NCBI GenBank assembly: GCA_026400835.1
Contig: JAPLOA010000065.1
Location: 4,189-68,188, forward strand
Reading direction: 5' to 3'
Origin: Planctomycetales bacterium
GTDB taxonomy: Bacteria; Planctomycetota; Planctomycetia; Planctomycetales; Planctomycetaceae
Length of the DNA stretch: 64,000 nucleotides
Shown here: piece after piece, positions 19,084 through 29,634 of the stretch
Layout of the letters: each line of letters begins with the position of its first letter
Numbering within the stretch: position 1 is the first letter of the stretch
Position numbers and translations under genes: made by a program
Notes under the pieces: generated by a model
Seen by the model: only the letters and a program-made list of their open reading frames with translations
The model's database searches: none
Told to the model about the DNA's origin: nothing

Positions 19084-19430
19084 AGCGTGTCTCCCTCGCC
19101 GCATTGTAACCGTTCCCGCTATTGCCGCGAGCAAATTTCGGCAGCGAGATTCGTGAACCGATTTCGGGCGATCGCACTCAATTCCTTGGATTCAACACTG
19201 GCAGAATCCATCTGATGCGGATTTGGTTGACCTGGGGTCACTCACAACCATTTGCCGACATGATTGGACCTGGAACCATCAACTGTATCGATGATATCGA
19301 ATTCCGCCGCCCGACCTGTCATACTCCGTCTTTCAGTCTGTATAAGGTTTGATTTCAAAGCCGAGAAGTAAACTTGTAACTGAATTGAAATCGCAACGAT
19401 TTGAATTCAGGCAAAGTCAAAGAGTGATGT

Positions 19431-20537
19431 ATGCAAGACCGTCAGCGCGCCTTCAAGCACCTTCTTCATCTTTTCCTTTTCAGCGGGATTTTCATCGCGG
19501 CTGTAATCCCAACACGTGCTGATGAGAACAAAGCAATCTGGGGACTAAAGACTGGCGATCGGTTTGTGGTGAGTGTACTTTCGGTCAAGCATACCGAAGT
19601 GACGATCAGTGACCGGCCAGCAACCAGCTCGGATACTCGGGATCGGTACGAGATTGAATACCGGGTTACTCAGGTGCGGAATTCCGGCGACGCAGTCATT
19701 GCGGCACAACTCAAAAAGGCCAGTCGTGATGTGGGCGACGAATCGCAGGACTCACTGAAAGCATCCGCGCGTTCCGCCAGAGCACTCGAGGATCTTCGCA
19801 TCGGATTTGAGATCGATTCCACCGGACAGATTCTGACAGTCACGGCACGAGACAGAGACGCTGTCCTCGCCGCACTTTCGGGACTGGATGTGTCGACTTC
19901 TCAACTGCTACGTGATTCCTGCCCCGAAGATGTGATCGCTGCCTGGCTGAGCCGACCTTTCTGGGCCGGGCTGACAGGCCAAGTTGATGATCTTCCGCAA
20001 GGTAGTGATCAGAAGGAGAAGCAAAAGTCTCCGCTGACCAGAAAAGATTCCATCGCCATCGGGCCGTTTGGAGTCATGCAGGCCACCTTGGAGCTTCAGC
20101 CAAATATAGCCGATGGTGGAGAAGAGTCGATGACTGTGACCGGCCAGGGACGTTATGTTCCCCTGGTCGTGCCGAACAGGGATTCTGTTTCTTCAAAAAT
20201 TCCATTGCAGAATGTGACGGCGGAACTGGATGAGTACTCTGGAAAAATCCTTCTCTCCAGGGAGAATCCGAAAGACGAAACACCGATGCCTGAAGGTGAT
20301 CTTCCCGAGTTGCGGCCAGAAGTGATTCCGCCTCAAAAAGGTGTCCATTTTCAGTCGATGGAAGTTAATATTCGGATGCATGGCAGCGGAACTCTCAAAG
20401 GCCCAGCGGGGAGCGCGGACCAGAACGTCACCTTTCGCCAAACTCAAATGCAGTCATGGATACTGACCGAACTTACTTTTGCTCGGTCTGAGTATCTTTA
20501 TGATGTGCCGGTACCGATTCCGGCAGCCCCACGCTAA
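19431..20537 (+). CDS. exported protein, function unknown
   Basis: 368 aa. N-terminal hydrophobic signal (LLHLFLFSGIFIAAVIPTRA). No motif recognised. Confidence 0.5.
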   Translation: MQDRQRAFKHLLHLFLFSGIFIAAVIPTRADENKAIWGLKTGDRFVVSVLSVKHTEVTISDRPATSSDTRDRYEIEYRVTQVRNSGDAVIAAQLKKASRDVGDESQDSLKASARSARALEDLRIGFEIDSTGQILTVTARDRDAVLAALSGLDVSTSQLLRDSCPEDVIAAWLSRPFWAGLTGQVDDLPQGSDQKEKQKSPLTRKDSIAIGPFGVMQATLELQPNIADGGEESMTVTGQGRYVPLVVPNRDSVSSKIPLQNVTAELDEYSGKILLSRENPKDETPMPEGDLPELRPEVIPPQKGVHFQSMEVNIRMHGSGTLKGPAGSADQNVTFRQTQMQSWILTELTFARSEYLYDVPVPIPAAPR

Positions 20538-20830
20538 TCGCCTCCTCTCTGCTGTCGGCAAGCGTCCCGGCTGGCACTCTCAGGTTTCCGAAGGCTGAAC
20601 GTTCGCCTGAAAATGTGGGATTGAGCGGCCAACAACGGTCACTTTGGGTAAGAATTCAGTGTTTCTGGCAACTGCAAAGTCGTTAGCGAATCAGGACACG
20701 TCTATGATTCGCCGCAGCGGAATATGTTTGCGGACTTTGCGAATGAATTCTCAAACCTCACTGCAAGAGATCGTAGAACGATCCTCCCTGTTTATCTCCC
20801 CCTGAATCGAATTGAAGGACTGTTGTCGTC

Positions 20831-21190
20831 ATGTCTGATCCGTCTCGCGACACTCTGGAAACATTTGAAAACCCGTTTCCTCAGCGCAATTTTGTGATTG
20901 AAACAGTGGCTCCGGAGTTTACCTCTGTATGCCCGAAAACTGGCCATCCGGATTTCGGAACGCTGACCATTACGTACATTGCGGACAAGGTCTGCTACGA
21001 ACTGAAGTCACTGAAACTTTACTTGCAGGAATACCGAAATCATGGTGCGTTTTATGAACGCGTCACAAACATGATTCTGGATGATCTGGTCGCGGTTACT
21101 CAGCCACGCTGGATGAAAATTGAAGCCGCCTTTACGCCTCGCGGTGGTATTCGCACGACAGTGATTGTTGAACACGGTACACGACCTTAG
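20831..21190 (+). CDS. queF: NADPH-dependent 7-cyano-7-deazaguanine (preQ0) reductase, type I
   Basis: 119 aa. [21 protein letters not shown] (catalytic Cys) and [17 protein letters not shown] (QueF motif). Confidence 0.9.
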   Translation: MSDPSRDTLETFENPFPQRNFVIETVAPEFTSVCPKTGHPDFGTLTITYIADKVCYELKSLKLYLQEYRNHGAFYERVTNMILDDLVAVTQPRWMKIEAAFTPRGGIRTTVIVEHGTRP

Positions 21191-21222
21191 GCTCGAACTG
21201 ATTCAGGAACTGGAGAACATAC

Positions 21223-22596
21223 ATGGCCAAGGCATGGGGCGGACGATTTCATCAGGCGACGGATCCGCGGATAGAAGCCTTCACGGAGTCGATCAGCTTT
21301 GATAAGCGACTTTACGCTGTCGACATTCGCGGCTCCATGGCCCATGCCACTATGCTTGCTCATGCCGGGCTTATTACAAACCTCGAACGAGATCGCATCT
21401 GTGATCATCTTGACCAGATCGGTGAAGAGATTGCGGCTGGACAATTTACTTTCCGGACGGATCTCGAAGACATCCACATGCATATCGAGAACGCGTTGAT
21501 CACGCGGATCGGTGATGTGGGTCGAAAGCTGCACACGGGTCGAAGCCGCAATGACCAGGTCTCCACGGATCTGAAACTCTATACTCGCGACGCCATCGAC
21601 GATCTCGACAAGCTGCTTGTCGAAATTCAACAGGCATTTGTCGCTCGTTGTGAGCAGGATGCTGACGTTGTGTTACCCGGGTATACTCATCTTCAGCGCG
21701 CTCAACCTGTGCTGGCCGCGCATTACTGGCTGGCTTATGTCGAGAAGTTTCAGCGAGATCGTGAAAGACTGGCGGATTGCCGAAAACGCCTTAACGTTTG
21801 TCCGCTGGGAGCGGCAGCATTGGCTGGAACAACATTGCCAATCGATCGCCAACTGACCGCGAAATTATTGGGCTTCGATTCCGTTGCTGCCAATAGTCTC
21901 GACGTCAGCAGCGATCGCGATTTCCTGATTGAGTTCGTGTTCTGCCTTTCGCTGGCGGCTGCTCATCTGAGCACATGGGCTGAAGAGTGGATCATCTGGT
22001 TCACGACGGAATTCAATTTCCTGAAGCTTCCGGATGCCTACACAACTGGCTCTTCAATCATGCCGCAGAAGCGGAATCCTGATGTTCTGGAGCTGATTCG
22101 AGGCCGAACGGCTCGAGTGATGGCGACCGTGCCGCAGTTGCTGATTCTGATCAAGAGTCTTCCTATGGCCTACAACCGAGACCTGCAGGAAGACAAACTG
22201 GCGATGTTCTCCGCCTATGATGCACTGCGGGCCTGTCTGGAATTGACGCCATCCATCGTGGCCGGTGCAGAATTGAAGCGAGATCGCATCGAGTCACGAC
22301 TGGAAGATGGCTTTCTGGACGCCACGGCCCTGATGGAATACCTGATCAAGAAGGGTGTCCCCATGCGAACTGGTCATGAGACTGTCGGAAAGCTGGTGGC
22401 ACATTGTGAGTCTCGGCAATGCCGGCTCGCAGATCTGTCGCTGGAAGACCTTAAGACGGCCTGCTCGTTGATTGAAGAAGATGTCCGAGGGATTTTGGGG
22501 GCTCGGAATGCAATGAAGGCCTTGCAGAGCTATGGGTCGGGCGGCGAAGAATCTGTCGCTGCGAGACTGGCCGAGTGGAAGCAGCGACTGTCCTGA
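21223..22596 (+). CDS. argH: argininosuccinate lyase
   Basis: 457 aa. WGGRF...D.RL...DI.GS.AH..ML start and the fumarate-lyase signature [12 protein letters not shown]. Confidence 0.95.
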   Translation: MAKAWGGRFHQATDPRIEAFTESISFDKRLYAVDIRGSMAHATMLAHAGLITNLERDRICDHLDQIGEEIAAGQFTFRTDLEDIHMHIENALITRIGDVGRKLHTGRSRNDQVSTDLKLYTRDAIDDLDKLLVEIQQAFVARCEQDADVVLPGYTHLQRAQPVLAAHYWLAYVEKFQRDRERLADCRKRLNVCPLGAAALAGTTLPIDRQLTAKLLGFDSVAANSLDVSSDRDFLIEFVFCLSLAAAHLSTWAEEWIIWFTTEFNFLKLPDAYTTGSSIMPQKRNPDVLELIRGRTARVMATVPQLLILIKSLPMAYNRDLQEDKLAMFSAYDALRACLELTPSIVAGAELKRDRIESRLEDGFLDATALMEYLIKKGVPMRTGHETVGKLVAHCESRQCRLADLSLEDLKTACSLIEEDVRGILGARNAMKALQSYGSGGEESVAARLAEWKQRLS

Positions 22597-22891
22597 CTGG
22601 GGAACAGTGCTGAAAAGCTGTCGCCGAAATTGGACATAACTTTGCGGATCAGTGAAAAACTTCACGCAAAATCGCGGTCCGTTCAGACTCCTGCTGTGTT
22701 GAGAGAAATGTTGTCGCCCTCCGTCGGCGACTGAATGTACGGACACTGCTGTCAGGGTTGCTTGCCTGACTCGCAATTCCGGGCGTACAGTTCCAGCGGC
22801 TGCTCCGGCAACGAATTGAGCCAACCCCGGCGGCACTCCATTGAGGTTTTTGGCCTGTCGTCCGGGTGATAGAGGTCACTCATAGACCAGA

Positions 22892-23563
22892 TTGAGACCT
22901 CGAAGGCTCGCGATTCTGGCAGCATTTTTTATTGAATCCGCACTGCGGAGTGCCCGTTTGGTCTCTCAGTCCCTGACAAACCAATACCTTTCTGACCCGG
23001 ACGTTCAGTTAATGCTGAAAGTCGCTGCGGGTGATAACTCCGCGTTTGAAGAGTTGGTCGTTCGATACCAGGATCGCCTGGTAGGTTTCTTTTTCCATCT
23101 GGTGCATGATCGAACTACGGCAGAAGATCTGGCTCAGGAAGCGTTTCTGAGAGTGTTCCGCTCGCGAGAGCGTTATGAAGCCACTGCTCGCTTCTCTACC
23201 TGGCTTTTCCGGATTGCCCATAATCTTGCAAGCAACCAAAAACGTGGTGCTGCTCGTCGGCGGGAAATTCCGCTGGCGTCTGGCAATAGTGCTAATGACT
23301 TGCCGTCGCTGGGACAGAATCTCGCAGAAAAATCTGCTCTGATGCCGACGAGGCAGCTTGATTCCTCAGAACTGCGAGAGGTCGTACGCATCGCCATTGA
23401 TGAACTCAGCGAACGACAGCGAACGGCCGTGGTCCTCCACAAGTTTGAAGAAATGAGTTACGAGGAAATCGGCGACGTAATGGGACTTGGACCAGTCGCC
23501 GTGAAGTCTCTGATTTCCCGGGCACGTGGAAAACTCAAGGAGGCACTCGAACGGTTCGTCTGA
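22892..23563 (+). CDS. ECF-type RNA polymerase sigma factor
   Basis: SDPDVQLMLKVAAGDNSAFEELVVRYQDRL, region 2.4 FSTWLFRIAHN and region 4 LSERQRTAVVLHKFEEMSYEEIGDVMG. The start is uncertain: TTG 22892, TTG 22958 or ATG 23012. Confidence 0.85.
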   Translation: MRPRRLAILAAFFIESALRSARLVSQSLTNQYLSDPDVQLMLKVAAGDNSAFEELVVRYQDRLVGFFFHLVHDRTTAEDLAQEAFLRVFRSRERYEATARFSTWLFRIAHNLASNQKRGAARRREIPLASGNSANDLPSLGQNLAEKSALMPTRQLDSSELREVVRIAIDELSERQRTAVVLHKFEEMSYEEIGDVMGLGPVAVKSLISRARGKLKEALERFV

Positions 23564-23691
23564 AAACCTACGTTGCTGAATGTTGCACAAACCGAGATCG
23601 AACTGCTGAATTGCACTTCGGCGATGTCGAAAAAATCCATTATGCTGTTGTTCCCTGATTGTTCCCTGCTCTGACCACAAAGCTGACAGAA

Positions 23692-24279
23692 ATGTCCCAT
23701 CCCACCGACACGGAGATTTTCGATGAGCCTGAGGAGGCTAATGATCCTCAGCTTACGGAACTTGTTGCGTATCTGGATGGCGAACTTAACGAAGAAGCAA
23801 GCAATCGCCTTGAACGACAACTTGCCGAGAATCCGCCGCTGCGAGGATATGCCGAGACTCTGGATCGCACATGGCAGTTGCTGGATACACTGGGCGAAGC
23901 GACAGCAAGTGGGGAGTTTACTCAGAAAACTCTCGCGTCACTCTCAGCCATTTCTCATGAAGAGTTTGTCGATCAGAGGCCGTCATCGAAACGGGGTACT
24001 GATTGGGTTCGCAGGATCCCGGTGGCAAGGATCGTGCTGTGGACGTTGGCCGGCTTCCTTGGCAGTTCGGTCGGTCTTCTTCTCGGACGTTCCAGTCAGT
24101 CTTCGAAGGCAGACTCAGAAGACGTGCAGTTACTGCAACAATTGGATTTACTGCTGCAGTTTCCTCGCCTTCACGCGGCAAGAAGCGCCACGTTTCTTGA
24201 GCAGGTTACGGCGATCGATCATGACTCATCGGAGGCCGGCTCGGATGCGGTACCCGCAAAAGGAGATCGCAAGCCATGA
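23692..24279 (+). CDS. putative anti-sigma factor (single TM)
   Basis: LVAYLDGELNEEASNRLERQLAENPPLR is a typical anti-sigma N-terminal helix. TM helix IVLWTLAGFLGSSVGLLLG. Follows the ECF sigma gene. The ORF opens at 23659. Confidence 0.6.
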   Translation: MSHPTDTEIFDEPEEANDPQLTELVAYLDGELNEEASNRLERQLAENPPLRGYAETLDRTWQLLDTLGEATASGEFTQKTLASLSAISHEEFVDQRPSSKRGTDWVRRIPVARIVLWTLAGFLGSSVGLLLGRSSQSSKADSEDVQLLQQLDLLLQFPRLHAARSATFLEQVTAIDHDSSEAGSDAVPAKGDRKP

Positions 24280-25436
24280 GTCTCGTGCGAACAATTCAGG
24301 TAGTGTTACTTCCTATAACTTGCCTGCTCTTTGGTGGCTGCCTGTCGATCTTCATGTGGGGGCGAAGCAGCGATGAGCAAGCTTATCTGAGCAAGCAACT
24401 TCAGGAGTTTCAAAGCCTCGAGACAGAACAGAAAGATAACGTTCGAAAAAGCTACGCGCTGCTGAAGTCCATGCCTGCTCGAAAGCAGACAGAAATCGAA
24501 CAGATTCATCAGCAGACGCGGGCGAATCCCGAATTACTGCAGACGATGAATCGTTATTTTGAATGGTGGTCCTCGCTGTCACAGGCCGAATGGGACAGCT
24601 TTGAAGAACTGAGTGCAGAAGAGCGTCTGGCATTCGTGAAATCTCGCTGGAGAAAATCAACCGAAGCCACACCTGAAGAGATTGTTGTTGAGTTTACCGG
24701 CCCTTCATCAGTGCGTATGCCGACGTTGCGATTGAGCTTTGCTGACTTCTGGTCGATCATCTCTGAAACTGTTCCCAACGAGGATCGCGATGACGCTCTG
24801 CGTAAAGAACTGGAGCAACTCAAGTCTGATAAACATCGCTCACTATTGTTGACACTCTCGATTTTTGAGCGATTCAGCGACCCGAATCAGCGACGCGAGC
24901 TTGAGCAACCGGGTGAGCTCATGAAAGCAGCAATGCTCAGACATATTGATGACGAAGCGTGGCTGGCCAGGTTCCGGTCTATGGTTCACGATCTTGATCG
25001 AAAACCATTCGCCAGAGCCTGGATGTTTATGACGGCTTCGTCTGTGCTCGACAGGGCAACAATTGTTCTTGGCGATGATCTGCGAAAACAATTCCCTGTA
25101 ACATCAGAGCAGATTGTCGAGGCATTTGAATCACTCCCCGACAGAACGGATGCAGACAAATCGTTTCAACGAGCATTGATGACAATGCCCTCGGACGAAG
25201 CGAGAAAGCGTCTGGAACTGTTGGCCCAAACGACTCGTAACCAGTCACCAGAACAGCAGTTGGTGAATCGATACAATAAATTCATTCGAGATCGACAACT
25301 CTTTTTGCGGAGGCAATTCGGCTTCGGAGGTCCTGGCATCGGACCACCACCTGTCTCCGGACAAGGTCCGGGACCAGATAGATCTCGCGAAGGAGACGGA
25401 CTACTTCGTCGAGATCCAGGACGCCGTCCGGAATAG
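24276..25436 (+). CDS. membrane-anchored protein, function unknown (third gene of the ECF module)
   Basis: 386 aa. Its ATG overlaps the anti-sigma stop (ATGA at 24276-24279). N-terminal TM, helical body, and a Gly/Pro/Arg-rich C-terminus. Confidence 0.55.
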   Translation: MSLVRTIQVVLLPITCLLFGGCLSIFMWGRSSDEQAYLSKQLQEFQSLETEQKDNVRKSYALLKSMPARKQTEIEQIHQQTRANPELLQTMNRYFEWWSSLSQAEWDSFEELSAEERLAFVKSRWRKSTEATPEEIVVEFTGPSSVRMPTLRLSFADFWSIISETVPNEDRDDALRKELEQLKSDKHRSLLLTLSIFERFSDPNQRRELEQPGELMKAAMLRHIDDEAWLARFRSMVHDLDRKPFARAWMFMTASSVLDRATIVLGDDLRKQFPVTSEQIVEAFESLPDRTDADKSFQRALMTMPSDEARKRLELLAQTTRNQSPEQQLVNRYNKFIRDRQLFLRRQFGFGGPGIGPPPVSGQGPGPDRSREGDGLLRRDPGRRPE

Positions 25437-25645
25437 TAGACAGCAACATCTCTCAGAATCCCCTGGATGGCTGTCTGTTCACGCACCGCGAACTATTACC
25501 TCAAGTGTCAGACTTTGACAAAAGTCCTGAAGCGAATCACTGGACTTGTCCCCGCTGATTTCCGATTCTGATCACTCCCCAGGGCCGCTCAAACGCAGAC
25601 TCAGTCGTACAGGTTCGGGCATCAGAATTCTTTTTCGATCAGGAG

Positions 25646-27136
25646 ATGGAAGCGATGGGCATCGCAGGCTGGCTCGTCATTGCCTTCTATGCAGGTCTGA
25701 TGATCGGAGTGGGCGTCTGGTATTCTCGCAAGAATCAAACTGCGGACGACTATCTGCTCGGCGGGCGTCGCATGTCGCCAATTGCGGTCGGGCTCTCCCT
25801 TTTTGCAACACTTGTCAGTACGCTTTCGTATCTGGGTGGCCCGGGAGAAATGATTGCTCACGGGCCGATGATGATGACTCAGAGTGCCGCTCATCCGCTG
25901 GTCTTTTTGATCGTCGGCTTTGGCTTAATTCCGCTGCTGATGCGACAACCCGTTACCAGTGCCTACGAGATTCTGGAAGCAAAACTGGGGACGAGTATCC
26001 GACTGGCAGGTGCTTCAGTTTTTCTCTTATTGCGGCTGGGATGGATGTCGACCATCCTGTTCGCAACCAGTCAGAGTGTTCTGGTCCCGCTGCTGGGGCT
26101 GGATGTCTCATGGACCCCATGGCTTTGTATCTTTCTGGGAATTCTGACAGCGATCTATTCCTCCACCGGCGGCATGCGCGCCGTCGTCATGACCGACGCC
26201 ATTCAGTCCATCACCATGCTGGCCGGGGCAATCGTGACCCTGGCGGTCATTACTGTTCGCATGGGAGGTGTCAGCGCGTGGTGGCCAAAGTCCTGGCCTC
26301 AACACTGGCAGACGCCCAACTGGGGTTTTGATCCCGATGCCCGAGTGTCATTCGGAATGCTATTCGTCTCGACAACTCTCTGGTATGTCTGCACAAATGG
26401 CTCAGACCAGATGTCGATTCAGCGTTTCCTGGCGACTCGTGATGCCAAAGCCGCACGACGTACACTGGCCGTTTCTCAAATCACTGATGTTTCGGTTTCA
26501 GTACTGTTGTCGATCACCGGGCTGGCGATTCTTGGCTTCTATCAGGCACATCCGCCACAGCTTGAAGCCAATGTCACAATTGTTGATATCGGAGACCAGC
26601 TGTTTCCGAAGTTCATTATGTCAGAAATGCCCGACCTTCTGGCTGGATTAGTCCTCGCGGCAATTCTCTCTGCAGCACTGTCCAGCCTTTCCTCGGGTGT
26701 TAACTCCGCCTGTGCAGTGGTTGAAAAAGACTTTCTTTCAAGACATAAGGCAGGGACCACGCCTGAGACCACATCGTTGCGACGTCTGGTGCTGCTGACA
26801 TGGATCATTGCAGCAGTGTCAGTAGGACTCAGCCTTGTCAACACGCTCATTCAAGGAAACATCATCGAACGATGTTACAAAGTCGTCAATCTGCTGACGG
26901 CTCCTCTGTTCGTGCTGTTCTTTTTGGCTCTGTTTGTTCGCTGGTCAAACGGATTCGGAGCCTGGTGCGGCCTCATTTCCAGCACTCTGGCTGCGATCGC
27001 GATCGCCTATGCAAAAGATCTCGGGCTTCCTCTGGGAATCAGTTTCGTCTGGATGACGCCCTGTTCATTGTTGACCGGTATACTCATCGGTGCAATCGCC
27101 AGTGCCGCATGGCCACAGAAAAGAGCAACGGCCTGA
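25646..27136 (+). CDS. sodium:solute symporter (SSS/SSF) family transporter
   Basis: 496 aa with about 13 hydrophobic segments. The N-terminal YLLGGRRMSPIAVGLSLFATLVSTLSYLGGPGE pattern is typical of SSF. Substrate unknown. Confidence 0.85.
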   Translation: MEAMGIAGWLVIAFYAGLMIGVGVWYSRKNQTADDYLLGGRRMSPIAVGLSLFATLVSTLSYLGGPGEMIAHGPMMMTQSAAHPLVFLIVGFGLIPLLMRQPVTSAYEILEAKLGTSIRLAGASVFLLLRLGWMSTILFATSQSVLVPLLGLDVSWTPWLCIFLGILTAIYSSTGGMRAVVMTDAIQSITMLAGAIVTLAVITVRMGGVSAWWPKSWPQHWQTPNWGFDPDARVSFGMLFVSTTLWYVCTNGSDQMSIQRFLATRDAKAARRTLAVSQITDVSVSVLLSITGLAILGFYQAHPPQLEANVTIVDIGDQLFPKFIMSEMPDLLAGLVLAAILSAALSSLSSGVNSACAVVEKDFLSRHKAGTTPETTSLRRLVLLTWIIAAVSVGLSLVNTLIQGNIIERCYKVVNLLTAPLFVLFFLALFVRWSNGFGAWCGLISSTLAAIAIAYAKDLGLPLGISFVWMTPCSLLTGILIGAIASAAWPQKRATA

Positions 27137-27199
27137 GAGTATCAAACGAGCGGTATTGCACAGGTATTCACAAAGACCTTCGATCAGCCGGCCACGAAC

Positions 27200-28156
27200 A
27201 TGCTTCAAACTTCACGGATATCATTGATTGCCATCATTTCCTTCTGCACCATCGCCGCAGCCTCAGCCTCGGATGGCCAGACTCGCCCCGCAGCCGATGA
27301 ACACGAGCTGCGAAAGTGGCTTGAGAACATGGTGTGGCATCACCGCTATTCGATCGAGGAAGTCAGCGAAGTCACCGGACTCGATGATGCTCAGATCGTG
27401 GCAAAGTTGAAAGAGTTTAACATTTCAGACGCGACGAAACCTTCGCGATCAGACAAACAACTTTTGATGCTGCCGTACCCGGGTGGAAGACACCCTCGAA
27501 TCGGGTTTCTTGACGGTGCTATTGAGCCGCAGCGCGAAACCAAGTTGAGTGTGTTCTGCCCTTGGGACGAGCAAAGCTATGTCGTCATGGATGTTCCGGA
27601 AGCAATCTGGTCCAATCTGGGGCTCACCTATCTGGCTCATACGCACGTGAAAACGATTTGGGATCTGCAGGGCGTCCAGCTTAAGCCGCAGGAATGGGCG
27701 TTGGCCGACGATGGCAGCTATCGTCTTCATCGCCGGCTTCCCAACGGCATCGAATTCGGCACCACTGCAGCAGCGTTTTCAGACCACATCGAAATGAAGA
27801 TGTGGCTGAGGAACGGCACGGAAGCAAAACTCAGCGACTTCCGAGTGCAGAACTGTGTGATGCTGAAAGGGGCGAAAGGGTTCGATCAACAGACGAACGA
27901 GAATAAGCAGTTTCTCTCAGGGTACGCCATTGCATCGTCTCCCGACAAAACCCGCTGGATCATCAGTGGCTGGGAACCGATTCACCGAGCGTGGGCGAAT
28001 CCACCCTGTCCATGTCTACACGCCGATCCCAGGTTCCCTGATTGCAACCCAGGAGAAACGCAGACACTTCGCGGCTGGCAGTCCTTTTACGAAGGCAGCA
28101 ACATCGAACAGGAAATCAAACGGATCGAAGCCACAGGCTGGCGACAGTCGCAATGA
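27200..28156 (+). CDS. exported protein, function unknown
   Basis: 318 aa. Signal peptide (SLIAIISFCTIAAASA). Trp/Cys-containing globular sequence with no motif recognised. Confidence 0.55.
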   Translation: MLQTSRISLIAIISFCTIAAASASDGQTRPAADEHELRKWLENMVWHHRYSIEEVSEVTGLDDAQIVAKLKEFNISDATKPSRSDKQLLMLPYPGGRHPRIGFLDGAIEPQRETKLSVFCPWDEQSYVVMDVPEAIWSNLGLTYLAHTHVKTIWDLQGVQLKPQEWALADDGSYRLHRRLPNGIEFGTTAAAFSDHIEMKMWLRNGTEAKLSDFRVQNCVMLKGAKGFDQQTNENKQFLSGYAIASSPDKTRWIISGWEPIHRAWANPPCPCLHADPRFPDCNPGETQTLRGWQSFYEGSNIEQEIKRIEATGWRQSQ

Positions 28157-28231
28157 GTCACGATGACATTCGCTCCGAGACGACATCGGGAGTGTGAGTT
28201 CCGTGTTGTCAGCGCCGTCAGTCTTTCCGAC

Positions 28232-29335
28232 TTAGCGATCGGCCTTTTCGGGAGAAATCGGAGCTTCCTCGATCAGTTCTTCTGTTGAGCGCCCGATGCA
28301 GGTGAGAATCGTGTTCTGCCCGAGTGCTCCGAAGACGGATGTATCATAAATGTTTTCGCGCCAGAGCATCAAACCTCGGTTGGTATCAATGCGAATCGTT
28401 CCGCGAGGCGTTGCCTGAATCAGTTGGCCCTTAACAATCGGACTGCGCACGCGGGACTGAATGGAGCATTGAAATGAGATCGTGGCAATTCCGTCTTCAA
28501 CAGAATCGAGTCGAAAGGTGCGAAGGATAGGCACCTCGACATTAACATCCTCCTGAAGTCGGGTGTTGACCGTAATCTGCTCTTTCCATGTATCCCCGAC
28601 TCGTACTTCTTGCTCGGGAAGAGCTGCCAGAAACGAACCGGGATCTGCTTGTTCCTTCTGTACAGCCGTGTTGCTAGAAGCGAGCCGAATGGCATTCGAC
28701 GTGGCTTCACTTTCAACCAGCGGAACGGAAGCTGGTGCCGATGGAGCGTTTTCCCCGGAAGCACGTTCGACCTTTGCCGGCGTTTTGTCTGACTGTTTCG
28801 ATAACCCTCGAGCAGTCAAAAGATACCGCGGAGCGTTTCCTTTCAACTGATGCGCCACCTGCTGATAGACCAGCGGCACTTCTCCGGATTTCATCGAGGA
28901 GTCAAACTCAACAGCCGGATTATCATCACTCTGCTTCTGCATCCAGACATTCTCAAACTGCATGGTGAATGCAGCAGAACTATCTTCATTCACGGACGTC
29001 ACCGTGAACAATCGCCGCTGCCGCAATGACGAGCGATCGATCGACTGACCTCGTTCGCCAAGATTGGCATCAAGAGCCATCGTCTGCTCCATCTGATAGC
29101 GGAGGCTCTGCCCTTGCTGGAACTGATACCTCAGCGTCCATGCAGCCGGCGCGTCTGCCGAAACCTGATTTCCCGCGACTGCGGCTGCCGGAGTGCCGGA
29201 CACAGCCACTGACGCTTCTTCAGTCGCGGGCGCTGAAACGGAGGTTTCTTCAAGAGCAACCAGCCGCGTGCCAATAATGGCCCATGCGAAGGCACCAACG
29301 AGAGAAGAGCCAAAAGTTCTTGACGGAGCGATCAT
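28232..29335 (-). CDS. exported protein, function unknown
   Basis: 367 aa. N-terminal hydrophobic segment (LVGAFAWAIIGTRLVA). No motif recognised. Confidence 0.55.
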   Translation of the reverse strand: MIAPSRTFGSSLVGAFAWAIIGTRLVALEETSVSAPATEEASVAVSGTPAAAVAGNQVSADAPAAWTLRYQFQQGQSLRYQMEQTMALDANLGERGQSIDRSSLRQRRLFTVTSVNEDSSAAFTMQFENVWMQKQSDDNPAVEFDSSMKSGEVPLVYQQVAHQLKGNAPRYLLTARGLSKQSDKTPAKVERASGENAPSAPASVPLVESEATSNAIRLASSNTAVQKEQADPGSFLAALPEQEVRVGDTWKEQITVNTRLQEDVNVEVPILRTFRLDSVEDGIATISFQCSIQSRVRSPIVKGQLIQATPRGTIRIDTNRGLMLWRENIYDTSVFGALGQNTILTCIGRSTEELIEEAPISPEKADR

Positions 29336-29634
29336 CCTTGATCCTCAACCAGCAGAGTCAGTGGGAATATGTCATCAGAGAGTAAACTACCACATCCGGA
29401 ACTTTAGCCGCGAGTCCTGTTTTTGGTCAAAACATTCGATCTCATCCGGGCGAGTGCGACTACGGTCGGTCATTTCTCTCACTCATGTCATTAACCAGCA
29501 GATTCTGCCGATTCATGATGGACTCTTCGGCTCTGAGCCTGTGACCGTTCACACAAACCCACGCTTGCCCGCACACTGCTTCTCAAAGAATAACCAGTAG
29601 AGCAAAAGCCAACGGCTGAGTGTTCTGCGGAACA

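Noticed and set aside
20560-20830. Possible preQ1 riboswitch upstream of queF
   Set aside because: There is only a small GATCGT-AGA-ACGATC hairpin. I found neither the preQ1-I loop/A-rich tail consensus nor preQ1-II/III features.
21187-21630. 147-aa minus-strand ORF
   Set aside because: Antisense to the 5' part of argH.
25546-26331. 261-aa plus-strand ORF overlapping the symporter
   Set aside because: It is out of frame with the SSS transporter ORF (25646..27136), which has a clear multi-TM SSF pattern. The alternative is Arg/Cys-rich.
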